Assembly (NCBI GenBank): GCA_002269645.1
Contig: NIVC01005208.1
Location: forward strand, 1-21,273
Length of the DNA stretch: 21,273 bases
From: Macrostomum lignano
Taxonomy: Eukaryota
Direction of reading: 5' to 3'
Shown: in pieces, positions 1 to 8,920 of the stretch
How the letters are laid out: every line of letters begins with the position of its first letter
Numbering within the stretch: the first letter of the stretch is position 1
The notes under the pieces: generated by a model
Databases searched by the model: none
What the model was told of the DNA's origin: nothing
Seen by the model: the letters and a program-made list of their open reading frames with translations, nothing else
Translations under genes and position numbers: made by a program

Positions 1-1
1 T

Positions 2-733
2 AGCCGAAGACTTAATCAAGGCTAACATGTTTTCTAAAGTCGAAAGCTGACGCACATGTAGCGAGTCATCTTTGAGCAGGTGTTTAAACATGCTATCAGA
101 GCAAGAAAGGCCAGAGATGAAGACTTGGAAGGTAAGGTCCTGCAGTACTGTCATAGAGGCAAGCAGACAAGGAGCTGAAATCGAGTCAGATCTTGTTATC
201 AAGTAAAACGAGACTGAATCTGCTTCCTTACTTCTGACGAATCCAGAGGGAATCGTCGCTTGTTCCAGCTTTTGAATCAAATCGCTGAAATCGCACAACT
301 CGTCGGAGCCAAAAAAGTCGCTGATTTCCTCATCTAAGCGGACTTGGTCTCCCATGAAGCGCGCAGCGGAAGTGGCATTTTGACTTCTTACCTGCGTAAT
401 TGGCTTGCTCAGGTATTTCGGCAAGCCTTCAAATTGAGATGGAACTGCATCGTCTTTGAGTCGAATCAGATGCAGCTTTGAATCAGATGCAGAAAAGCGT
501 CGTTTCTTCCGGCGTTGATTCGCATCCGATGAACTCTTCACGAAATCTGATTCAGTGAAATGCTTCGAGCAGACGCGTTGAAATTCGGAAGCATTTAAAT
601 CAGCATTTGGAATGGCGCGAAGCCAGCGCTGTCGCAAGTTGGTGTCTTTAGGAAAAGCATAATAGCTCACATTTTCTGTCTTCTGCGACGCGTAGCCAGA
701 TTTGCAGCCAAATACACAGCACTTGTAACCCAT
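2..733 (-). CDS. THAP (C2CH zinc finger) domain protein, most likely the N-terminus of a P-element-superfamily transposase; open off the left edge
   Basis: Manual minus-strand translation from the ATG at 733 gives 244 stop-free codons: MGYKCCVFGCKSGYASQKTENVSYYAFPKDTNLRQRWLRAIPN...QRVCSKHFTESDF...RLKDDAVPSQFEGLPKYLSKP... All THAP hallmarks are present (CxVxGC, FP, W, CSxHF, LKxxAVP). It is absent from the ORF track, presumably because no stop lies inside the window. THAP domain is secure; transposase versus domesticated THAP gene is inference. Confidence 0.85.
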   Translation of the reverse strand, partial: MGYKCCVFGCKSGYASQKTENVSYYAFPKDTNLRQRWLRAIPNADLNASEFQRVCSKHFTESDFVKSSSDANQRRKKRRFSASDSKLHLIRLKDDAVPSQFEGLPKYLSKPITQVRSQNATSAARFMGDQVRLDEEISDFFGSDELCDFSDLIQKLEQATIPSGFVRSKEADSVSFYLITRSDSISAPCLLASMTVLQDLTFQVFISGLSCSDSMFKHLLKDDSLHVRQLSTLENMLALIKSSA

Positions 734-1336
734 TATGATGCTTGCAAATGAGAGGATATTCAGTTTGATTATGAACACACGAAAGCTTACTTAAATGCAG
801 CTCGATAGGGGCATAAGAGTTATGTGTGCATTCAACAGTGCGTCATCATGTTTAGAATTCGTACACTCATGTACAATGCGCTCCTTTCATATTGAATCAG
901 TCTTTATTTGGACAGTGATTTTCTCTGCACTCTCTATCCTCTCAGTCCACTCAACCCCTTCTCTATCCTTCGTTCCTCCCTTTTTCGAGTCGCTTTACTA
1001 GCCCCTGCAAGAAAATGTTTTTCCTCTTTGTCCTCTCTCCCAAAAAAGTTATCGGCCTGGGTTGGACCGGCCTGGAGGGCCTGAATATTGCAGTGTCACT
1101 TCCAGGTCTTTAGGATTCCCTGGACTGACTGACTAAACTTTCTTGTTCCAAAATGGTGAGAACGCAGACGCAACACTCTAGATAGCTAATGGACAATTCG
1201 GACTCCGCCTATGCGCGCAGTTAAGAATAATAAAAGAAAGGGGGGAGAGAGAGAGCGGGAGATAAGACTCTGCTGCCAGTTCTCAGCACACGCTGACCAC
1301 CACCTGCGCTGGCCACATGCACGCAGTTTTGCTACT

Positions 1337-1346
1337 TGATTGACAG
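1337..1346 (+). promoter_or_regulatory. Perfect PBX-PREP/MEIS decamer TGATTGACAG, next to a GC box (GCCCCGCCCC)
   Basis: Sequence reads cttgattgacagccccgccccg, an exact match to the established PBX-PREP decameric site. It lies between the THAP ORF and the PREP exons. Function is not shown. Confidence 0.45.
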
Positions 1347-1642
1347 CCCCGCCCCGATCTGGTTCGCAAAGCTATAGCTGCTGCTCCCTCTCTCTCTGCG
1401 ACCCTTATGTGGTTTGGGAAAAGCGGGTTTTATAAGAGGAGTGTGGAAGTTTTGTTGGACTTGTGTCGAGAGCCGCTTCGGGCGGCCTGGCTGAGACGTC
1501 TTATGCGGGGAATGGGGTTGGAGGGACTTCTTCCTCAGATTCACGGTCGTCTTGCGAGCATGCTAATTTACTAGCGAGAGTTGCGCTGATCGTTAGGACT
1601 TTACTAGTATATTTTGATTGATAATTTTGTTTTTGCGCCAAA

Positions 1643-1893
1643 ATCTCCAGGCTGAGTAACCACACCCTCCCAGATCTTCAGGCTTGAGCAGTCACCCTCC
1701 CAGATCCTCAGGTTTGAGCAATCACTCTCTCAGATCCTCAGGTTTGAGCAATCACTCTCTCAGATCCTCAGGTTTGAGCAGTCACTCTCTCAGATCCTCA
1801 GGTTTGAGCAGTCACTCTCTCAGATCTTCAGGCTTGAGCAGGTACCCTCCCGGATCTTCAGGCTTGAGCAGTCACCCTCCCAGATCTCTCAGG
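1643..1893. repeat. 30-bp minisatellite, ~8 units (CAGATCCTCAGGTTTGAGCAATCACTCTCT)
   Basis: CAGATC recurs at 1671, 1701, 1731, 1761, 1791, 1821, 1851 (variant) and 1881. This explains the RSSGLSNHSL repeat ORF. Confidence 0.95.
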
Positions 1894-1894
1894 T

Positions 1895-2018
1895 CATCCT
1901 CATATTAGACTTCCACAATCCAAGATCCTCATGTTCGACTTCCACAATCCAAGATCCTCATGTTGGACTTCCACAATCCAAGATCCTCATGTTGGACTTC
2001 CACATCCAAGATCCTCAG
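1895..2018. repeat. 29-bp minisatellite, ~4 units (GACTTCCACAATCCAAGATCCTCATGTTG)
   Basis: GACTTCCAC starts at 1908, 1937, 1966 and 1995. Confidence 0.92.
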
Positions 2019-5000
2019 ACCTGGTCGTCATTCTTTAAGCTTCTTTAAGCTGTTTGAAATGCCTTATACCGGTAAGTAATATCTTCTATTCAGAATAGGT
2101 AATATTAGTTCTATCTCATATTTGTCATGTTCAGTTTCAAAGTTATATTTCAAAGAGTTACATGCAGGGTAGAGTGTGCAGCCCGGTCAAATGGTCAGTC
2201 AGCATTCTGGGGATGGAGGGATTAGCATCTATCCTCATTTTCTTCGCCCATCTATACCAATTCCGAGCTTCGCCCTCAGGTTAAACCCTGGCGCAATCGC
2301 TTGCCTCTCTTTTTAGTGTCGAAATTCTTCTGGTCTGGCCGTGTCTTCCCTTCTTAATTCCAGTTTTTTTGCTTTCTCCCCCCCTCCCTCCCCTCTAAGG
2401 CTCCCCTCTCGCTGCCTCGCCCCCGCGGAGCTACACCTGTTGCGGCCCGACAGGCCATGCAGAAGAGAAAGAGAAGAATATATGAAGAGAATGCGAAAGA
2501 GAGAGATAGAGAGAGAGCTTATACCGCTGCTGCTGCTCTGGTGAATCATGCAACCCCGACTGTTCAAATTGCTGCCGCCGCCACTGCTGCGGCAATAAGC
2601 TCCTTTGTCAGGCCCGCTGTGCTCTCTCTCTCTCTCTCTTTTTCATTTCTCTCTTCACCGATCCGTTGCCTATCCGCTAACCCAGTCTAATACTAATACT
2701 AAGCTAAATAATATATTCATTTAGGACAATAAAGGTATCGAGTCCTATTTAATTCTTATTGTCCGCTAAGCGCATGCGTGTGTGGCTATTCTGATTCCCC
2801 AATAGTTAATCTGTCCAACTATACTAAAAAGCAACAGTTGGTGCTTTTACTGACCGTATGGTGCTTTTGCCTGAGCATTCCTTCCCAATTTAATCTTTGC
2901 GTGCTATTGCTGGCTTCTCTGTCTGTGTGTGCCACCGGCCTAATCATATTAGTATATATAGAAATGATTATTATGCCTTCCCCATGAGGCCTTCAATAGA
3001 GCTCAGTGGTTAGTTGGTAAAGTGTTGAGCCATTTTTTAATATTTGTGTCTGTTCAACCAATCGGGTTGCCATAGCGAATATTTGAACAGTATTCGGTTT
3101 CTTGTTGAGTCAAAGAGACTCTGCATGCGCTGCATAGAGAATCCCTTTTTCCGGATCGGGGGGGGGGGGGCAAGGCTTGAAGGCGGAGATTGGCCAGCCC
3201 CGCCTTGTTCATAATTGAGGCCCTTTTCGACCCCCTACTCAGCTCCACCCCCACTTCGTTGCAAGCCGCTATAAGTTGGTGTCAATCACTGTTGATATGG
3301 GTGGCGAGCCAGCTGAGAACGGGTGGTGAGCAAGAGAAAGTTTCACTTCCCTTCTCTGAGGCTCGTCGAGCTGACCCCTCGCCCTCGCCCCCCCCCATAG
3401 CAGTAGCCTTCTACACTCGCGCTGCAAGGCCAAAGGAGCTGCTCTTGCGCTAGCTGTTAAAGAGAGACACTCGATCTCCTTAATGCCGCCTTATTATAGC
3501 CGCGAGATCGGAGTGTGGGGGGGGGGCGGTTCCTGTCTCCTCGCCAACCGGCGGCGGCGAGTGTCCGATGATGGACACCTCTGAAGAGGCTTCTACTTTA
3601 TCCTCAACTCACAAGGACCTCAGCACTCGATCTGGATTCTCGAATTCTTGCTCCCTTCTTTCCCGGTCAAGCGGGGAGTTAGATGCAAATTCAGCTACTA
3701 GAGCATTCAGTCAAGAGGATCTGTCACCGTGGCGCTATACAGACCCGTTGATTAGGCCTATCTAGATGCTGCAATTGGAACTGACAGTCAGGTTGGAACA
3801 ATTGGTAATCTGCTGTTGAACTGGGATCCGGACCATACAGTCTAAGGACAGATTCCGCTCTATCTCTCTCTCCTGCTCCGACCTTTGCATTCAGTGACGT
3901 AACTGCCAATGTTTTATATTTATACAACTAATTCTATGTAGATTCGAAATAAATAACTAATCGTAAAACGAGTGTGTTATTGATACTTGGCCAGTCGTTG
4001 CACACACTGCACACACTGCACACACGCAAAACACACTTGTGCTGCATGCAAGTCTTCAGCGGGGGCATCATCAAGCCTTACACAAACCAATTCAGGCTAA
4101 GGGATCAATCGGGACTTAAGCTACAGACTCCGCTAAATCGCCCTTCATCCCTTCGGTTCCTCCGGGTTGGGATCATAACTTTCGAGGGATTTAGCTGTTG
4201 AAATCCCCAACGATTTCAATACGGTTTCTTCCGCATTGCGTTGATGCTTATCTTTGTCTGGAAATATTTCTTGCTGTCTGCTTTCTGCATACCGATGATG
4301 TTTTAGAGACATTTACTTTTTTGATTTTGTCTTCTATCGTGGCTGCCTGAATGTTAGAAGTATTTTTGGCAAGAATTTCTCTTTTTAAAAACTGATTGAC
4401 GCTTCAATTTCTGCTGGGTTTCGAGGCGAGCATGGATTTTTGAGTATAGTATACAGATGTGTGACAATAGCAGGTGGCGCTGGATTCTGTGTTAGCATTT
4501 CTGTTTTACCTGTCAGACGAAGAAATTCAAATTTTGAAAGACAAGCCTAGCAAGCAAACTCTCGTTTGTCAATCGCCTTCCATTTCGCCTTCCCACTTCA
4601 GCGCTTCTTTTTCTCTGTCCCAGCTCCCATTTTCCTTCCTGTTTTAAGAGGCTGCGGGATGAAAGGCCCGATTTGCTTTCAGGTTGATGGAGATTTCACT
4701 GTCTGCTTGGGAATATTCCGCTGCGGCAGAATATTTTGGTAGAGTGAGGAGCGAGAATAAGTGACGGCTAGGTTAATCGGTTGGACTCAGAGTTCTTGGG
4801 TTGTCTCATGTTCTTGTCTAAAATTGTCTCTCGTATTTGATGGGGTCGGCTTTATTTAAAAATCATTTCTTCTTGAGTGGCAGAATTGAGACAGACGGGA
4901 AATCGCTTGCTTATTATTATTAGATGCCTAATAGATGGATGACAATATTAGTCAATAAAAGTCGCTGTACGATTCGAAATACGAGAGTTGCGTGATTGAG

Positions 5001-5058
5001 TTAAAGAAAGGATAAGTGACAATGGGGTGGCGATGTATCGCAGTGTTTCTATAGATAT

Positions 5059-6958
5059 GAGAGTGACTTAGCAGCTAGAGAGATCGGAGAGTGACTTAGC
5101 GGCTAGAGAGATCGGAGAGTGACTTAGCGGTAGAGAGATCGGAGAGTGACTTAGCGGTTAGAGAGATCGGAGAGTGACTTAGCGGTTAGAGAGATCGGAG
5201 AGTGACTTAGCGGTAGAGAGATCGGAGAGTGACTTAGCGGTTAGAGAGGTCGGAGAGTGACTTAGCGGTTAGAGAGATCGGAGAGTGACTTAGCGGCTAG
5301 AGAGATCGGAGAGTGACTTAGCGGTTAGAGAGATCGGAGAGTGACTTAGCGGCTAGAGAGATCGGAGAGTGACTTAGCGGTTAAATAGATCGGAGAGTGA
5401 CTTAGCGGCTAGAGAGATCGGAGAGTGAGTTAGCGGTTAAATAGATCGGAGAGTGACTTAGCGGCTAGAGAGATCGGAGAGTGAGTTAGCGGTTAAATAG
5501 ATCGGAGAGTGACTTAGCGGCTAGAGAGATCGGAGAGTGAGTTAGCGGTTAAATAGATCGGAGAGTGACTTAGCGGCTAGAGAGATCGGAGAGTGACTTA
5601 GCGGCTAGAGAGAGATCGGAGAGTGACTTAGCGGCTAGAGAGAGATCGGAGAGTGACTTAGCGGCTAGAGAGATCGGAGAGTGACTTAGCGGCTAGAGAG
5701 ATCGGAGAGTGACTTAGCGGCTAGAGAGAGATCGGAGAGTGACTTAGCGGCTAGAGAGATCGGAGAGTGACTTAGCGGCTAGAGAGATCGGAGAGTGACT
5801 TAGCGGTTAGAGAGATCGGAGAGTGACTTAGCGGCTAGAGAGATCGGAGAGTGACTTAGCGGCTAGAGAGATCGGAGAGTGACTTAGCGGCTAGAGAGAT
5901 CGGAGAGTGACTTAGCGGTTAGAGAGATCGGAGAGTGACTTAGCGGTTAGAGAGATCGGAGAGTGACTTAGCGGTTAGAGAGATCGGAGAGTGACTTAGC
6001 GGCTTAGAGAGGTCGGAGAGTGACTTAGCGGCTAGAGAGATCGGAGAGTGACTTAGCGGCTAGAGAGATCGGAGAGTGACTTAGCGGCTAGAGAGATCGG
6101 AGAGTGACTTAGCGGCTAGAGAGATCGGAGAGTGACTTAGCGGCTAGAGAGATCGGAGAGTGACTTAGCGGTTAGAGAGATCGGAGAGTGACTTAGCGGT
6201 TAGAGAGATCGGAGAGTGACTTAGCGGTTAGAGAGATCGGAGAGTGACTTAGCGGTTAGAGAGGTCGGAGAGTGACTTAGCGGCTAGAGAGATCGGAGAG
6301 TGACTTAGCGGCTAGAGAGATCGGAGAGTGACTTAGCGGCTAGAGAGATCGGAGAGTGACTTAGCGGCTAGAGAGATCGGAGAGTGACTTAGCGGCTAGA
6401 GAGATCGGAGAGTGACTTAGCGGGACTTAGCGGCTAGAGAGATCGGAGAGTGACTTAGCGGTTAGAGAGATCGGAGAGTGACTTAGCGGTTAGAGAGATC
6501 GGAGAGTGACTTAGCGGTTAGAGAGATCGGAGAGTGACTTAGCGGTTAGAGAGATCGGAGAGTGACTTAGCGGCTAGAGAGATCGGAGAGTGACTTAGCG
6601 GTTAGAGAGATCGGAGAGTGACTTAGCGGTTAGAGAGATCGGAGAGTGACTTAGCGGCTAGAGAGATCGGAGAGTGACTTAGCGGTTAGAGAGATCGGAG
6701 AGTGACTTAGCGGTTAGAGAGGTCGGAGAGTGACTTAGCGGTTAGAGAGATCGGAGAGTGACTTAGCGGTTAGAGAGATCGGAGAGTGACTTAGCGGTTA
6801 GAGAGGTCGGAGAGTGACTTAGCGGTTAGAGAGATCGGAGAGTGACTTAGCGGTTAGAGAGGTTGGAGAGTGAATTAGCGGCTAGAGAGATCGGAGAGTG
6901 ACTTAGCGGTTAGAGAGATCGGAGAGTGACTTAGCGGCTAGAGAGATCGGAGAGTGAC
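5059..6958. repeat. 28-bp minisatellite, ~68 units (GAGAGTGACTTAGCGG[C/T]TAGAGAGATCG), purine-rich on + strand, upstream of the MEINOX exon (probably intronic)
   Basis: GTGACT at 5063, 5091, etc. There are 27-, 29- and 30-bp variants and a 56-bp dimer (TTAAATAG at 5381, 5437, 5493, 5549). Confidence 0.98.
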
Positions 6959-7030
6959 AAGCCTCTGTTCTCTGATTTGTGTCGAATTTAATTTATCGGT
7001 ACATCTCGCCGCTCGCCCGTGCATTCTCAG

Positions 7031-7470
7031 CGCCCCAACTCTGACCTCCGTGGAGCTGGCCGCCGCCCATCCGCAGCAAGAAAGCGAGAAGAAGTGCATC
7101 TACGCGCACCCTCTGTTTCCCCTGCTGGCCAGCGTGCTGGAACGATGCGAGGCGTCGACGGCTCAGTTGGACACGCAGACATCTGGCAAGGAGTCGCTTG
7201 ACGCCGATGTTCAGGCGTTTCTGCAGCAGCACCAGCAGCAGCAGCAGCAACAGCGAGACTCTGCAACTGGCAGCGACAGCGGCGGCGGCAGAGGCAGCTT
7301 AGACTGCGGCTCCAACCCGGATTTGGACCAACTGATGATCGAAGCTGTCCAGGTGCTCGGCATTCACATTATTGAATTGGAGAAGGTCAATGAATTGTGC
7401 CGCGACTTCTGCTCGAGGTATATTAATACCGTGCGGTGCCGCTATCAGCAAGCCGACTTTCTGCAGCACG
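7031..7470 (+). CDS. PKNOX: PREP/PKNOX TALE homeobox gene, exon encoding the MEINOX (HM/HR1-HR2) PBX-interaction domain
   Basis: EKKCIYAHPLFPLLASVLERCE...SLDADVQAF...[36 protein letters not shown] matches PKNOX (DKQAIYRHPLFPLLALLFEKCE...SFDVDIENF...[26 protein letters not shown]) better than MEIS ([22 protein letters not shown]). Candidate acceptor attctcag|7031; donor CACG|GTGCGT at 7471 (phase 1). The 5' boundary is less certain. Confidence 0.93.
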
Positions 7471-7510
7471 GTGCGTGTTCGCTTTAAACTTCATTCGTGT
7501 TTAATGAAGC

Positions 7511-7631
7511 CCTGAGTCTTAGTTCAAACCCATGAGTCTCAATTCAAACCCCTGAGTTTCAATTCAAACCCCTGAGTCTCAATTCGAACCCCTGAGTCTC
7601 AACTCAAACCCTTGAGTCTTAACTTTAAACC
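7511..7631. repeat. 20-bp minisatellite, ~6 units (CCTGAGTCTCAATTCAAACC), intronic
   Basis: Units start at 7511, 7531, 7551, 7571, 7591 and 7611. Confidence 0.9.
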
Positions 7632-7715
7632 ATTCTTACGCTTAGTTGAGATCGATCAGTTTAGTCTATGCACTATTTCAATTCAAACTCCTAAATATGG
7701 ATCGAAAGCCCTAAA

Positions 7716-8333
7716 TCTTCAGTCCGAACTCCCTGAGTCTTCAGTCCGAACTCCCTGAGTCTTCAGTCCGAACTCCCTGAGTCCTCAGTCCGAACTCCCT
7801 GAGTCTTCAGTCCGAACTCCCTGAGTCTTCAGTCCGAACTCCCTGAGTCCTCAGTCCGAACTCCCTGAGTCTTCAGTCCGAACTCCCTGAGTCTTCCGAA
7901 CTCCCTGAGTCTTCAGTCCGAACTCCCTGAGACTTCGGTCTGAAATCCCAGAGTCTTCAGTCCGAACTCGCAGAGTCTTCAGTCCGAACTCCCCGAGTCT
8001 TCAGTCCGAACTCCCTGAGTCTTCAGTCCGAACTCCCCGAGTCTTCAGTCCGAACTCCCCGAGTCTTCAGTCCGAACTCCCTGAGTCTTCAGTCCGAACT
8101 CCCTGAGTCTTCAGTCCGAACTCCCGAGTCTTCAGTCCGAACTCGCAGAGTCTTCAGTCCGAACTCCCTGAGTCCTCAGTCCGAACTCCCTGAGTCCTCA
8201 GTCCGAACTCCCCGAGTCTTCAGTCCGAACTCCCTGAGTCTTCAGTCCGAGCTCTCCGAGTCTTCAATCCGAACTCCCTGAGTCCTCAGTCCGAACTCCC
8301 TGAGTCCTCAGTCCGAACTCCCTGAGTCTTCAG
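7716..8333. repeat. 22-bp minisatellite, ~28 units (TCAGTCCGAACTCCCTGAGTCT), intronic, ending 45 bp or less from the next exon
   Basis: Direct 22-bp periodicity with variants GTCC/GTCT and CCCT/CCCC/CGCA. Confidence 0.97.
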
Positions 8334-8378
8334 TTAAGAACTCCCCTGAGCCGCCGTCCCGCCCTGTGCCGCCCGCAG

Positions 8379-8920
8379 ACTCCATGCCCAATTCGCCCAG
8401 TTCCGAGTCGGGCGACGCTTCGCCCTCGACGGCGGCGGCAGCCGGCGGCCAGTCGCATTCGCAGCAGCCGCACGCGACGGCGGCAGCAGCCGCGGCGGCC
8501 GCCGCAGCAGCAGCAGCGGCCATCCATTCCGGCAACGGAGGCAGCCAAAACGGCTTCTACGGTGGCCACCCGTCGCACCTGTACCCCGATCATCATCACG
8601 CTCATCAGCATCATCACCTGCTGCACAGCGGCGGCGGCAGCGGCGGCCCAGCTTATCCCCACTATGCATATCCCGGCTCGGCAGCGGCGCCCAGACAGCC
8701 CGGCCACCATCCGGGCTTGATGCCGACTGGCGGCGGCGGCGGCACTCATATTCCGCTTCCGCTGCATCAGCAGCAGCACCATCAGCAGTCCAGCCATCAC
8801 CATCACCACCAGATGGGCAGTCCAACAGATTCGTTAGACGATAAAAACAAGCAAAAACGCGGCGTTTTACCGAAACGCGCTACGCAGATAATGAAACAGT
8901 GGCTATTTCAGCATCTAGTG
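8379..8920 (+). CDS. PKNOX: PREP/PKNOX exon: low-complexity linker plus homeodomain N-arm and helix 1
   Basis: Ends KNKQKRGVLPKRATQIMKQWLFQHLV|gtgagt. RGVLPK is PREP-type (MEIS has RGIFPK). The phase-0 donor at 8921 is at the conserved MEIS/PREP intron before HPYP. Acceptor ccctgtgccgcccgcag|8379 joins the phase-1 donor in frame (G+AC=Asp). An alternative in-frame acceptor is cttcag|8334 (G+TT=Val). Confidence 0.92.

Noticed and set aside
990-1008. CAGGGGCTAGTAAAGCG (minus strand) as the left terminus of the THAP element
   Set aside because: The partner TIR would lie outside the window, so it cannot be tested here.
1684-1908. Repetitive ORF (RSSGLSNHSL)n
   Set aside because: It is an in-frame by-product of a 30-bp minisatellite with a TTG start and no splice or homology support.
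2059-2077. ATG CCT TAT ACC G|GTAAGT as the PREP start exon
   Set aside because: The donor is strong but phase 1, whereas the best acceptor (7030) needs phase 2. It cannot be linked without an intervening exon.
3568-3765. ORF MMDTSEEAST... as the first PREP coding exon
   Set aside because: No convincing phase-2 donor and no similarity to PREP N-termini.
6993-8825. Overlapping and antisense ORFs (6993-7250, 7019-7201, 7027-7266, 8308-8535, 8330-8809, 8334-8825)
   Set aside because: These are shadows of the GC-rich, GCN/CAG-repeat PREP exons.
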